From contig OX597814.1 of NCBI GenBank assembly GCA_951406725.2, positions 71,300,001 through 71,364,000 on the forward strand: a DNA stretch of 64,000 nucleotides. The letters run 5' to 3'. Made by a program: the position numbers and the translations under genes. How positions within the stretch are numbered: position 1 is the stretch's first letter; the number at the start of each line of letters is the position of its first letter. The stretch comes from Octopus vulgaris. Its lineage: Eukaryota. The notes under the pieces were generated by a model that was not told where the DNA came from, searched no databases, and was given only the letters and a program-made list of their open reading frames with translations. Shown here piece by piece: positions 1 to 13,666 of the stretch.

Positions 1-470
1 ACTAAGGGTGGGTGTTACTGAAGCTTTTAGCCCCAGGAGATCATCGTCTCCAGCTGGCTTTAGACACACTTTCTGTGCCCACCCACCCTTAGTGGTTAGC
101 CATATTGAGATGGCTAGTATACTTTACGTTGTCGAGCGTTACTGTTTACATCTCGTTCAGAGATTTATTATTGCTTTAAGATAGTTTTTTGAAATCAGTG
201 ACAGTGGTTGCTGGGAAAAACATTAAATAGATATTCGCAAACAGGTCTATCCTCATCGAAAACCCGTGATTACCGTACGTTGACGAGAGGTAAAAACCTC
301 GAAACTATAAGTCCGTGCGTATCACTTAGGTTTACGAGAGGGGATGACCTCCCTTTGCGAATATCATAAGGGTACAGAAAGTGTGTCTAAAGCCAGCTGG
401 AGACGATGATCTCAGTAACACCCACCCTTAGTGGTTAACCATATTGAGATGGCTAATATACTTTACGTTA
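1..470. mobile_element. Fold-back (inverted-repeat) Penelope-type terminal-repeat element carrying a hammerhead motif
   Basis: 1-80 is the reverse complement of ~370-431; ~80-130 recurs directly at ~420-470; the arms resemble 22573-22902. Confidence 0.6.
275..318 (+). ncRNA. Minimal hammerhead ribozyme (C3U core variant)
   Basis: gtacg-TTGACGA-gaggt aaaa acctc-GAAA-ctataag-TC-cgtgc; stems I and II pair; GUC site. 195-309 is repeated directly at 1102-1216 and truncated there by (TA)n. Confidence 0.7.
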
Positions 471-1425
471 TATATATACAGTAAATAAGAAAATGGTGAG
501 GATGCAAAAACGACATACATCAGCCGGTTGACATTCTAGTATGTCTATTTATTCAAAAGTATTAAAAAGTAATAGAATACATGCACATATAATAACTATG
601 TGTTACATACACATGTACTAATATTACAGAAAAGAGCAAAAGAGCAAAAGATCAGATTGTCAGCAGGTTCTAGTTCCTTACGGCTGTTTCTGCCAAATCC
701 TCCATGCCATCTCCATCTCTTCGGTGTTCTGCAGGGATGGGCAGATAAAGTTTGGATGATGAATGTGCCTCTACGCTTGGACGAAATAACATGGATCTTG
801 GAATACATCACGGGTAATCTGTAGTTTATTCTCCTTCCTATACCCAAATAATTTTAATAAGTTGTGCTTCACTAACATCCTCATGTTTGCTCCTATTCTT
901 TTTCTGCCCTTTCAAAAAGACAAACACACTGCACCTATTGTTAACTGTTTCTTATTTGTATTAACCCTCCCAACCACATGGACCCTCAGAAGAAGCCTAG
1001 AGGCACATTCATCTTCCAAATACTATCTGCCCATCCCTACTGAGGGATGAAGATGGCATGAAGGATTTCGTTGCCTCTTGGCAGAAACGGCCATCTTTTG
1101 CTCAGTGACAGTGGTTGCTGGGAAAAACATTAAATAGATATTCGCAAGCAGGTCTATCCTCATCGAAAACCCGTGATTACCGTACGTTGACGAGAGGCAA
1201 AAACCTCGAAACTATATATATATATATATTTCAATGGATGAATGAATTATCCTATGTTTACCGTTAACATGGAAAATTCAATAAACCGTTACCAGGGTAG
1301 CAAAATTCACGTCAGAAACACGGTTGAAGCGACCTATCCAAAGGTAGAATGTGCAGTAATTTGTGTGTTATAAATGAATAAATAAATAAATGGAGTTGAA
1401 CGAAGATGTTAATAAAATTCTTTTA

Positions 1426-1507
1426 CTTTCGACATATGTTTCGAAGACAACATGGTTTTATTCCAAAGGAATAAACGGTGTAAAATGCAATCTTCTCATC
1501 AGGAAAG
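1426..1507 (-). ncRNA. Hammerhead ribozyme, canonical core, extended stem II
   Basis: Minus strand ctttc-CTGATGA-gaaga...tcttc-GAAA-catatg-TC-gaaag; palindromic stem III catatg; inner hairpin tttattcc ttt ggaataaa. Confidence 0.8.
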
Positions 1508-1629
1508 AAAGAGAGCCTCTCTCAACAACAAGACATTATAGCAATTACGATGACTGCCTACATGATAAACAGAACGTTATTAAGTATTTAAAAAAGCCGT
1601 TAGTAGATTTGACATCAAATATATAATAT

Positions 1630-1674
<45 letters not shown>

Positions 1675-1714
1675 AATGAAAGATGAATATCAGTTTATTA
1701 CACATTACGAAAGA

Positions 1715-1787
1715 GCTACTAATAGTTTCATACTTTTAGGATATTTTAAATAGGTAGATTTATAAAACACGTTATGTATCTTCAAGC
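1715..1787 (-). ncRNA. Degenerate hammerhead-like motif
   Basis: Minus strand gc-TTGAAGA-tac...gtat-GAAA-ctattag-TA-gc; stem I is weak. Confidence 0.4.
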
Positions 1788-2343
1788 AATATTTCAGGTT
1801 CTGTTTATGCGTTAGATATAGTTTAAAAACCAGGATGCTGGACAGTAAGAAGATAAGAAAAAACAAGAAGACAAACGCAAAGAAGATTGATGCAAAAATA
1901 GAACGAGAAGGAAACGAAAGTAAGAAAATCAACATTCTCGTCCTCTCTCATTGCAGAAACCAATTAGTGCAGCCAGTGTAGAACAAAATAACAGAAAATA
2001 TACCAAATTCTACGAGACAGCAACTCAATCCGGAGTGGGTGGTGTCCTCTAGTTTGACAAAAGAAACCCGTCCATATGTTTGCAACTGCTAAAAAAATTA
2101 CAGATCTGGAATTAAGCTGTGTGATGGAATTCTTTGTCTAAGAAGAATATGAGATCTTTCTGCTACTCATAAGTAGCAGAGGCATTAACATATGGCTTGA
2201 ATTTTGATACGATTCTCCACTTAATAGTATGTGGTGTGGAGTTGGCCTTCAAACCCCATACGTGGCTAGCCAACTTAATTGCATAACTTTGGTCGATGTA
2301 CCGGAGAGAAGATAGGTGGTTTGCACATATATATATATGCATG

Positions 2344-2344
<1 letters not shown>

Positions 2345-2408
<64 letters not shown>

Positions 2409-2426
2409 GCGTATGTGTGTGTGTGT
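2345..2426. repeat. (GT)n microsatellite, one of many (GT)n/(TA)n/(AG)n/(AAT)n tracts
   Basis: Read directly; other long tracts at 1633-1670, 9030-9095, 18497-18548, 21845-21903, 27180-27295, 39637-39726, 60000-60072. Confidence 0.95.
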
Positions 2427-2799
2427 ACTCGGAGATGAACGGTTTTGACAGAAAGTCTAAAAGAAGTATAGCTTGTAAACCTGTAATTGTTTGCGTTGTA
2501 AGCCATGAGGTGATAATGCTTATAGAGGGAATGTTTATTGATTTTAACAATGGCTGAATGATTTAAAACAGCAGTAAGAACTGAATCGATCATTAATAAA
2601 CTGTAATCTTAGTTTGTTCTAATATGAAAACTTCGGCCCATTATAGTCAAGTCCTGTGACCAGTATTTACAGTATTTACCAGTATTTATCTTGTGTGTCC
2701 GATGTAACCAAAGTGATCAGAGGGCCCAGTAAACCTAGTATCTCGAACAAAACTACAAAAAATAAGTTACTATAGTGTCATTTTGATTAATATTAATTT

Positions 2800-2980
2800 C
2801 AAATTTCGGGAGAGGGTTAAGTCGATCCCATCGACCCCAATATTCAACTGGTACTTATTTTATTGACCCCAAAAGATTGAAAGATAGAATCTACCTCGGT
2901 GGAATTTGAACTCAGGACGTGAAGACAGACGAAACGCAGCTAAGAATTTCGCTCGGCGTGCTAGCGATTCTGATAGCTCA
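2800..2980 (-). mobile_element. SINE copy (family with the ggtacttattttattgacccc core)
   Basis: B-box-like gagttcaaattcc on the minus strand; related decayed copies at ~3020-3150, 9970-10140 and 61690-61980. Confidence 0.55.
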
Positions 2981-3773
2981 CAACCTTGTAATTTTGGCTA
3001 ATATTGATATTGGTTATTTACATTATCAGAAGGCCACGAATTTGAAGAGATACTATCTACTGAACCTTTCTATGCGAGGAAGGATGAAGAACAAATCGAC
3101 CTTTAGTTGATTTGAACTCTCAACGTGGAGGGATGAAGTTTCTGCCAGCCCTTGTGCTTGGCTTCTAAATCATATTAAAGCTGTCTATTAAGTGAAATTA
3201 TCTAACGATAATTGCAGGCTGGATTGCATTGACACACACTCCTAGGAGCACTCTGCTACTATGGACTGTTAGGTTCTAAGTAACGCAGGGTCATACTTGA
3301 CTTATGCGATTACTATTTAGAATGTTCTGTCTGTTAAAATGACAAACATTACAAATCTTATTACCAAATGACGCTTGAATTTTCACCTTTGGTGAACCAC
3401 TAAAAACATTCGTACATTCGTACATTTTAGGAACAATCTTCTCTAGTGATTGTAAAATATCAATTTCATTACATTTCTACCATAAAATAACAAAACAAAA
3501 AAACAACGCATTTTTAGTTTTGGGCATGACTGTATGAATTTTTCGTGCCTGCTGTATGAATGAGAACTTTGTAGACACTGATTTCGTATTCAGCATGAAT
3601 AATCTTGTTTCGCTGATTTTCTGTGGATATTTCGTGTAATGTAACATTTGAGTCCCTCTTGGTTTTGTTCAGCGCTTAGGTTGTAATATCAGAGTCGCTA
3701 GACAAGTAAAGTTTACAATCATAAACAAATTTAAATGTCAATTCTTATACTAAATACGTGATTATGTCTACAT

Positions 3774-6700
3774 GGCCGGCTTCAGCTCGTGTCCGAGCAT
3801 TGGGTTCGTCAGTTTCCATTCAGTGTCCTCGGCTGATGTTTGTGCTGAAAGTGACTTTGGAGTCCAAGTCGGAAGTGAAAGAGTCGTGGGCAGAACTCGC
3901 ACGGGATGGTCGGTGCAGGTCAAGGATGTTGAAGACGCTATTTTCTTCTCCTGTGTTTTGCCTCCTCATTCTGTTGTCTGTTCTGCTCGAAGGAGCTGGC
4001 TCCATTGCAGATAGCAGTCCTCCAGGCTGTCCTATCCATGGCAATCTGTTCCCATCAGGATGGCTGGATGTTAGCTTGAGCCAAGGTCCATTTGAGCTGG
4101 TCTTTAAAATGTAATTTCGGATCTCCTCTGGGTTTTGTTCCGATTGCAGGTTCTCCATAGAGCATGATTCATAGGAGACGAGAGGGCTCCATACGCTGGA
4201 CGTGACCTGCCCAGCAGAGACGATGGCATAGAATGGTGGCTTTGATACTTGATAGTGAGGCGCGGCGAAGAACTTCGTTGTTGGTAACGTGATCTTTCCA
4301 TTGTATGTTGAGGATCTGTCGTAGCTTCGATTGCTGGAAGCATTCAAGGCGCTTGAAATCACAGCGGTACAACGTCCAAATCTCACAAGCGTAGAGTAGA
4401 GTTGACAGGACAATAACACGGAAGACCATGATCTTTGTCCGGGTGGTCAGCGCGTGATTGAAGAATACACGTTAGCTGAGTCTGCCGAAAGCGGAATGGG
4501 CAGCCCCAATCCGGTTCCTCACGTCCCTTTCACACGTGGGGATCTTCGAAAGGATACTTCCAAGGTATTTGAAGTGTTCAACCTCTTCTAGGGGTTGGCC
4601 GTTGATGCTAATGTTTGTTAGTGGACTGTTCTGGCCTGGTGCAGGTTAGATCAGTGTCTTGGTCTTTAATGTGTTTACCTGCATCCTGAAGCGTTCGTAA
4701 GCCGAGTTGTAAAGATCGGCCGTCCTTTGTAGGCCATCTGTGGTCCGGCTCGGAGTGGCATTGTCGTCGGCATACTGCATCCTACAGACTGAGATAGCGG
4801 ATGTCCTCGTTATTGCACGGAGGCGTGCAAGATTGAAGAGCCCGCCAACCAAGCGATAGTGCATGTTGATGTAAGGCTAGTCTAGTGAGATTTCGTTGAA
4901 CATGGCGGCCATGTACAAAGAGAAACAGGTTGGTGCCAGGACGCATCCTTGCTTAAGACCCCCCCCCCCAACGATGGTAAACGGGTCTGTGAGGGCATTT
5001 TGATGACATACCCTACCCATCATACCATCGTGGAAGAAGCAGACCATGGCAATGAAGTCCTCCGGACATCCAAACTGGGCAAGTACGGCCACATTGCAGG
5101 ACGGGGGACTTTGTCAAAGGCTTTCTTTAGATCCCAGAAGATGAGCTTTGCAGGCTGTTGTTGTTCCTGACACTTCACCTGGGGTTGACGGGCACAAAAG
5201 ATCATATCGATTGTGCCTCAAGAGAGTCGAAAGCCACACTGGAACTTAGGGAGGGCGTCTTCCGCGAGGATGAGGAGGCGATTGAGTAGGATACAGTGAA
5301 GATTTTACTTGCAATACTCAGGAATGAGATGCCCCGATAGTTGTTGCAATCCTCTCGGTCTCTCGATGATAGGTGCAGGGTCTTGCTTTCCCAGTTCTTG
5401 GGGATAACGAAGCATCAGATGATTTCTCAGTTCAAGACCTCCGTGCGGAAAAAACTCAAACGGGATGTTGTCTGGTCCTAGAGCTTTCACCGGCTTCATG
5501 CGTGCAAGTGCCTTGTTGAACTCATGGCATGAGGACAGCAGGGACAGCCAATGGCGGATGGGGAGCTGTGGGGTTTTTGGAGGAGATCGTCAGGAGTGCG
5601 TGAGTGGTCGTTAAGTAGGCACTCGAAATGGGACCTCCAGCGATCGAAGATTCCTTGGGTATCGGTTATCGTAGAGCCAGTTGCGTTCTTCGACATTGTG
5701 GAGCCAAAGATCTCCTTGGTTGCGGCATAAAAGCTGCACAAGTCTCGTTGGTCTGCATAGTTTTGCATCTCCTTTATTTTCCTCTGCCACCAGAAGTTCT
5801 GAGCTTCTCGAATTCCTTGCTGGCATTCCGCTGATGCTTGCTGGTGTTTTCTTTTGTTCACTGCAGTGGTATGATTTTCGCGTCCGGAGTTTGGCTTATA
5901 TAACACGGGAGATGGTTTCATCATTCTCGTCAAACCAGTCTTGGTCCTTCTTCCGAACAAAGCCGATCGTCTCCTCGGCGGCAGTGGTCATGGCTTCACG
6001 AAGGCTGGTCCAGCGATCCTCAATGGAGGTTGGCTCTGGGAGGTCCATCAGGTGTCTCTCAATGAATTCCCTGGAGTCTTGGGATGCCTGTGAGCTCCGG
6101 AGTTTGGCGCAGTCGAAGCGTCGGCAAGGGATGTTTGCTGAGACCCGCTTTGGTGGGCGGCGGATTTTGATTCAAGGCGAGAAATAAGAAGACGGTGATC
6201 AGTCCAGCAGTCATCTGCACTAGGCATGGAGCGGGTGATGCGTACATCTCGTCTGTCCCTGGATCATGTCAGAACGTAATCGAGGATGTGCCAGTGTTTA
6301 GACCGTAGGTGTTTTCAAGCTGTTTTTTGTCGGGTAGGGAGACGAAATAGGGAGTTGGTAATGACGAGCTCATGTTCGGCGCAAATGCCCAGAAGGAGCT
6401 GGCCATTGGCATTGCATTTCTCAATGCCGTGATGACCAAGAATGCCATTCCACAGACAATGTCGACTCTACCGTTAAAGTCCCCCAACACAACGAGTTTG
6501 TCATGCGCGGGGACTGTCGGGATAGTGCAGTCCAACAGGTTGTAGAACGAAGCATTGACGTCGCCTTCAGATGTGAGGGTAGGGGCATACACAGAGATCA
6601 GCGTAAGGAATCTATCCCGAATGAGTGGGATCTGAACATTTATCAGGCGCTCACTGACGGCAGTTGGGACGAGTCTGTGTTGGCCCACGAGTTTCGTTTT

Positions 6701-7669
6701 GATGGCAAGGTCAACTCCATGGATGCATAGTTCGTAAGGATTCTTCACCTTCCAAAAAAATGGTGTATTTGGAGCCAGCTTCTCTGATGCTATCTTCTCC
6801 GTGAAGTCTAGTCTTGTTCAAGGCTGCCACGGGCAAGTTCGTTGCAGACGAGGACTGTACGTCGCTCTGGTCGATTACTGTCACTCTTGTCTTGGAGAGT
6901 ACGGATATTCCAGGCCCTGAAGGTAAGATGTTGTGAAACAGAGGATTTAGTAGAGTTCCGACCGGTAAGTGGGAGGTCTGCCAGCCGCGGTATGCTGGCC
7001 AGATCGAGTTACCGTGTCCGATGTTTACCCCACCTTTTCTAGGGGCTTCTGTTGAGGGGTGGGCTGCGGTAATCCTAAAGAGGCCAGCCCAGTCACGATT
7101 CTAGCTTCCGAACTCCAATGTCACGGCTATTCATTGGTGAGCGACTATCTGAGATTTGCTGCCAATGAGTAGTCACAGACTAGAGGCTTCCAGCTTTCCA
7201 GGCCTGCCTCCGATGCCCACGATATCATCATCATTGGGTTTTTTGAGACAGATTAGAAAGACGAAGCCATTCGCTGAGTAAATTGTTTGAGGTGATCGTC
7301 GCTGCGCGACGGCTACTCGCACGCCCTTCGTCAGCAACTGCTCCACTGCGGCTCAAGAATTGAGACATACTGTTTTGATGAGGCTAGTTGCAACGAGCTG
7401 CCGGAGTCTATCCGCCTTTGTTACGCCTGCCCGCCAGGCGTTGCCCTCTTCCGCTGGAGTCAATCCTTGGGAGCTTGAGGTAGCCCTCCTCCGCTGGCTC
7501 CGCCGTTGGGGTCTTGATGTTGGTGTTTGGTTGTGTTTAGTTTGGGACCTCATCCTCGACCTTCCTGCCATGGGTGGCCCAACCAGGAGTCTAAGACTCC
7601 AGACAGTATCGCTCTCAATATCATTGGAACACACAGGCTCTTCCACCACGACAAGGGACATCGGAAGAG
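3774..7669 (-). mobile_element. Near full-length decayed RTE-clade LINE (APE endonuclease + RT + C-terminal C2H2 finger)
   Basis: APE motifs ISVYAPT and [10 protein letters not shown]; RT motifs DLKKAFDKVPR, GLKQGCVLAP, QYADD, LLYACEIW; CEFC..SH..H finger; many frameshifts; probable TSD atgtctacat (3764-3773) / atgtgtacat (7670-7679). Confidence 0.92.
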
Positions 7670-9027
7670 ATGTGTACATACATACATACACATATATGCA
7701 CGTATATCTGCAAACATGTACATTTCTTTTCCTATAAAAGGTGAATAGAAAATTCTCAGGTTCTGAAATTTTTTGAAGGAATATTCAAATGTTACAATTC
7801 ACAGACGTATTTCTTAATTAGTTCTTCATCAGTGTAACTTTCCAGGCTTTAAATTATTTTTCCTTAATTCCTTGATATATTTAAGACTTCCGAGTTATTA
7901 AAACACGTAGGGTTTTTTTTTTTACCATATCTTAAACAGAAATCTATGACAAAAGATTGTAAATCGAACATCGTTAAATGTTAAATCATAAACTAATATA
8001 TTAGCGACATAGATCAAAAGTGTTAGACAGAAGAAAGGAAATATATACACATAGTAATACTTATTCATCTTTCGATCTCGGGTAGATAGATAAAGTTCCA
8101 GCAACTCTAGTGAAGTCTTTAGGCTTCTGAAGATTAGTGAAAGCTATGTAATGTCTCTAATAATTGTATTTTTCGAGAAGGTACCTAGCTATATTGGTAG
8201 TAACTTAAATCAGATCGACAGATGACTTGATAAGACATTAAATTAACTGCAGCGTCTTAAGTTTCCAGCTGTTTTGAATTCAAACAAGAAGTTTGCCAAA
8301 GTAATTAAACTTCAACACTAACGTTTTATTATTTTGTTCTCTGATAATCTCTCACGCATAAAAATTTTCGAAACATTGTACTCAAAATTATATTGAAATA
8401 AAATTGGATATTTATATCGTATTTGCACTGCTTTTAACTGTTATGGCAAATAATTAACCTCGACTAGGTTATTTTACACCGAAGTGCTTGCAAGTTTTAG
8501 CATCTCTATTTCAACCCCACCCCTCATAAATTTCCATCAGTATTTCCAAATAATTAATTTCCTGTAAGACTGACAACATTTTTGTTCTGACAAAATGACC
8601 AATTAAATACCAAATGTCACAGCTTCTTTTCTATTTTCTCTTTTTCTTAAAGTATCAACACACACACACATATATATTTTTTTTCCTCCCTTTTTTCAAT
8701 ACGTTCCTCCTCAAAGTACCCTTCACATTCATCTCTCCTGTTCTCAAGAAATCTCACATCTCGAGAAAAAGTTTAAAAAGTTCTTCAGTTATCTGAAATT
8801 AGCATAATTTTCTTGCCTTAACATTCTCATTGTCAGAGTTATTTCAACATGCACTCATTATATTCGATAATTAATCAACTTCGAAATTACTCATAGATAC
8901 ACAGTTTAAGGAATGTTAACAGGGAACAGGAATATTTATGTCGTAAAATTTCCGGAATATCATTAATTTAACTACCACTTTCACTAAACCAGAGTTCATT
9001 AATGTGTGTGTGCGTACATATATACAT

Positions 9028-9105
<78 letters not shown>

Positions 9106-10799
9106 CATGCGTGGATTATACACGCACACACAAAGCATACGGTATATACATATATTCTACCGATTTTCTGGAAACTGATGATTCGGTACCTCCTTAATCG
9201 GGATATAATTATGTGAAGACACTTAAATTTACTGTATTTGATATTTTTTCGCTGCCAAGCCTTAACGACACATATTTATTTATTCATCAGTAATGTATCA
9301 TGAAGGCGGAAACACTCTCCCCAAATATTGCAATATAGATGAAAATGTTTAAAACTGAAACTAATGTAACTTACTAACTCACTAAGAATCCTTTCTTAAT
9401 GAAGAACATATTAATAAACGACTCACCTTCACTTCAGAGAATACTGTGTTTCGGCATGAAGGCAAAAGGATAAATATATACCTTTCACAGTTATGTTACA
9501 AGAGAAGGCTGGTGGAGGTCCAATTTATTTGGAATGTTACCGAGGAACAAGATTTAGTTTTGAGTATTTGTACCTTCATATTATCGCAGTTGAAGGCTGT
9601 AATAATGTTTCCAACTCTATTATATGTTGCAAGTGAATAACAAAGATTTATCGTGAAGATTTAGCAATTAAAAAGTTATGAATAACGTGGATACTGTCCT
9701 CTAGGAATTTAGTCAGAATTACACTGAGGTAACCTCTTTTGATCCGACAAAATGATTAATCCAGAACGGGTCTGGAACCAAGGATATCAGAATGTGAGTG
9801 TGCGTCCGTATGCGCGTGTGTGTGTCGGTGTACGTGCATTTTGGTGAAGGATGTAAAATGGCACCACTTGTCATTTTTGATGATTCCTGATCGCACCGAA
9901 GCCGAATAACACAGGAGTTAATTAAATTAATTTAGTTTTTCCCAAAAAATATTTACACTTGTGGCTAATTTAAAAATCTATTCTAGCGAACTGATGACGG
10001 AAGAGTGATAGAAATGTTACAGTACCGGCACTAAACGCCTTAGTATTCTACATATGCACCTCCCTCGTTCTCCCAAGAAGAGACTTTATCATTAATTTCC
10101 ATCCGTTGAAAGTCAATATAAATAAGTACTTGTAGTGTACTAAACGTCGCATGTTCATTTTTCCTCATATATTTGTGGGTTTTGTATTTCTTACAGAAAT
10201 GATTTTATTGTGGTGAACGATGTACGGTATTTTTAAGTCATTCACATTATTAAGACTCTGGATTAGGAGAGGCAGGAAATATTTGCACCAATATATAGAA
10301 CAGGTGGGGAAAAGAGAAACAATAGAAGAAAACAAGAAACCATTATTATAAACAGTCTGCTTCTAAGTGCAATCAGTATGGTACTGAACCAATCGCTTTA
10401 CAGTATCTATTTTGAATGTTGGAGTTCAAATTAGTCGGGCCATTTGTCTGGCCATTAATTATCATCTTTCTTGGTTTGATAAAATCTCATCAATGCAATG
10501 TGGCCAATTCAATTAACAACACTTTTTTTTGTGATAACGCTCATTGTAGGGATTCAGACTGATAAAACATGTTCAGAGTGTTTTGGTAGGCTGATATCTA
10601 CAAGGAAAACATAAGCAGAAAAGAGAATTCTAGTAGCATCCATTCTGAGAATGAAGGATTGAACGAAATGTTTAAAATAGGATGTAAGAGGTAAAGTACG
10701 ACAAGAATGATGTGAGGATGAGAGTCGTGTGTGTAAGGATGGAAAGCGATGCAGCTGGTTAGTTCAGAGCAGAGTTACCTATATACATGGACACATACC

Positions 10800-12184
10800 T
10801 ATATATATGGGCATTACTTCAAGGGTCAACAGCTAATCTGGGCTAAAATAGTTCCTGATCTCAAAGAGAAAGCAGATGCTGTCTTTGCAATAAATTTACT
10901 TCCTGCCAAAACAATGGGAATTTCATTGCAATTTCACTACTTTTCCGTAAGCCCATGATTAAATTTAGCTTGAGCAGTTTGATTACTCTGCAACTCTTCC
11001 TAATGAATAACAAAGGTTTGCTTGTAGTCTGATATCAACCCAAATGGGTCTACCACCCAGATTAGAACCTTCATCTCCAGGAAATCTTTGAGCCTAATTT
11101 CCATATCATAATGCAGTTTCTTCAAATGCTTAATGTACTCTAAAATGTCTTCTTGCAGCTGCTCTTCAATAGTGGGAAGGATTGGAAAATGCATCAACTC
11201 TTCACGCCCAATATCTATCTCGAATAGATTAATTTTTCAAAAAAAAAAAAAAAAGAAAAACACAATTAGCTTTTTTTTATAAAATTTGTATTTTTGCCTT
11301 ACAGCTGTTTGTTTGCCAAATTTAGCTTCTCAAATTTGCCTGAAGGTAGAATATGTCACGTCTGAGGCTAGGATTTATTCTCCCAGCTGTTTACCATTCA
11401 AGACATTACAACACTGTCCCAAAGTTCAAGGAAGCGATCCAGGCAATTATCTTTAGAGATAATCACCAGATATATGAACTTTAAAGCAGTAACACTTATT
11501 TCATACAAGATTTTCCAATGCCAACTTGATGCTTTATTCGTCAATGATAAATTAATATCAAAGTGCCAAATTAATCTTTTTTTTCTCCTGTTATGACCGA
11601 GCTTAAGACACTGAAAGTGCATTGTGATCTTCACAGTGCACACGAAAATACCCAGGAGGATATCCAGAAAATATCCATCGAGATAAATGTAATGATGAAT
11701 TTCAAATTAAGTTCAAAAAAGAAAGATTGTCTGAATTTTGGCAATCAGACACTGCAAAAATCAGTATATCCAAATTTGTGGTCACAAATGTCGAAAATCC
11801 TTTTGTGTTTCCTGACATCATATCTTGTCGAAATTGGATTTAGCTCTGTCAATCACATTTTGCGGCAGGAAAGAAACAGATTTGACATTATTTCACGTGG
11901 AGATATTCGTATCTGTTTGAGTAGCATTAAGCCTGACATTCAATTTTTAGCGGAACAAGGCCAATCTCAGGACTCACACTAGATAAATTTAGAATTTAGA
12001 ATAAAGTTTGATTTTAATTCGTTTTTCTTTTGCATTTACATGCACAATTTTTTTTTAGTTTTGATTAGTCGTAATTACATTATATTTAATATTTGTTATC
12101 ATTTTTTGGTGGACGATTATCAATTAGCTTACGTCAAAAATAGCTTTTAGGGGGCGATGGCCGGGAAAAAGTTGAGAACCACTG
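10800..12184. mobile_element. Rearranged hAT (Charlie/Buster-like) transposon remnant
   Basis: Plus ORF 11593-11982 has a hAT dimerization-type motif (FLTSYLVEIGFSSV..ERNR..GDIRICLSSIKPDI); minus fragment 11000-11197 (HFP..WVVDPF); terminal gttgagaaccactg at 12171-12184 followed by atctag. Confidence 0.75.
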
Positions 12185-12379
12185 ATCTAGCCCATCACAT
12201 CCACACCATTTCATTTTTCAGCCTGACACTTATTTTATTGTCTCTACTCCTCGGATGCTAATTTACAGGACAACGGAACTCAACATTAATACATTATACA
12301 TGTATATTCATACGGATACACAGAGACACACACATGCAACACATACACACACGGTGGCGGCACCAATGTTTTATAGCAA

Positions 12380-13660
12380 CCCAGGCATGGATTGGGGCCA
12401 GAAAACTATGGGGAAGAGCAATAATGTTAAATTTTATGTAATTTAATTGTAAAATCACAAAATAGAATGAAATACGAAAGATGGCAATATCTATTACAAA
12501 TTAGGAACACAAAGTATACGACAGTAATTCTCGTGTAATCGGTATTTTACCACGAAACGAAGAATGATAACATGGTTCGGGTTTTTTGGTACATACCTAT
12601 TCATGGTAATTTTGCCTAATTTGTCCGGTCTGTTGTGCATCATCGAACTCCACAAATAAATTTCAATCATCCGCAGCTTGCATTCAATCCTGCACATTTT
12701 ACAAGCAGTGTTACAGAGATTTGAACTAGTCTGAGCAGTTCAAAGAAAGTATCCCTATAGAAATGCAAAAACTAAAATAACTCGGTCAATAAGTTAAAAT
12801 GCATAACTTCTGCTCGTTGAAATATTTTGCACTGTGGCACTCTCTCTTCAAGTAGTTAAAATTCAGCCGACATGTTTGCCACGAGTTTGAAACCATCAAA
12901 GTTGAAAAACTGGCTTCTTTGCAGGTTAAGACGAGGAAGGTTGTTTATGATAATACAGCTTTGTGTTGAAAAGCGATTTTGAAGTTCAGAGTAAATCTTA
13001 CCCGAAAAACGAATGAAGTCTTACGGTGAAAGTTGGTGTAAGGACTCTTCGCTACTTGGCTGGTTTCCAACTACTTCACAAACCATTGAAACTTCCAAAT
13101 GCTGTAGCAATTTTCCTCATCGTTTTAGATTCTTCCAAAGCTCAATGAAAGGGGATATCAATTGCTTTTAACATTTATATCCAGTAAAGAAGACAACAAC
13201 TTATTTATCAAAAGTTCGTTTCGTAGCAATATATGTCCACAGATGACGTGGAAAACAAACTTTTGCAGAAAAATATGATAGAATCAACTTGGTAATCATG
13301 ACTGAAATCTGTCCAAAATAAATTACAACGTACAATGCACAGCATAACATGATGTATACTGACAGATCCCATGTATCAGCATGCTGAAAACAAACTCTTC
13401 AACTCTACTAAGAGTTCACTTTTTCTTTCTGTAACAGCAAGAACTGATCGACATTGGACCAAGCTAGCGAAATATTTTACCGCACTCTTCACATTTTTAT
13501 GCAGATAACAACTACCAAGCTGAGTTAGAAGGTGTAGTGGTGAACATGGAATGCAAATGCAATAACAGTTTCACTTGAAAACCAGTGATGTGAATATGAT
13601 GAGAATGCTATTTCTGACATCAAGTTATGGTGTAGAAATTTCTTTGTTTATTCATATGAA
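12380..13660 (-). mobile_element. Highly decayed hAT (Tip100/ZMYM1-like) transposase remnant
   Basis: IYLWSSMMHNRPDKL resembles the YLRSTM.Q.RL dimerization motif; FHVHHY..LSLVV resembles HC.AH.LNL; many stops. Confidence 0.4.
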
Positions 13661-13666
13661 TAAGTT

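Noticed and set aside
2249-2593. ORFs with HT/CV/YI/poly-N/poly-L runs (also 8916-9216, 18402, 20767-21470, 32825-33292, 38492-39061, 59865-60216)
   Set aside because: Translations of microsatellites, not genes
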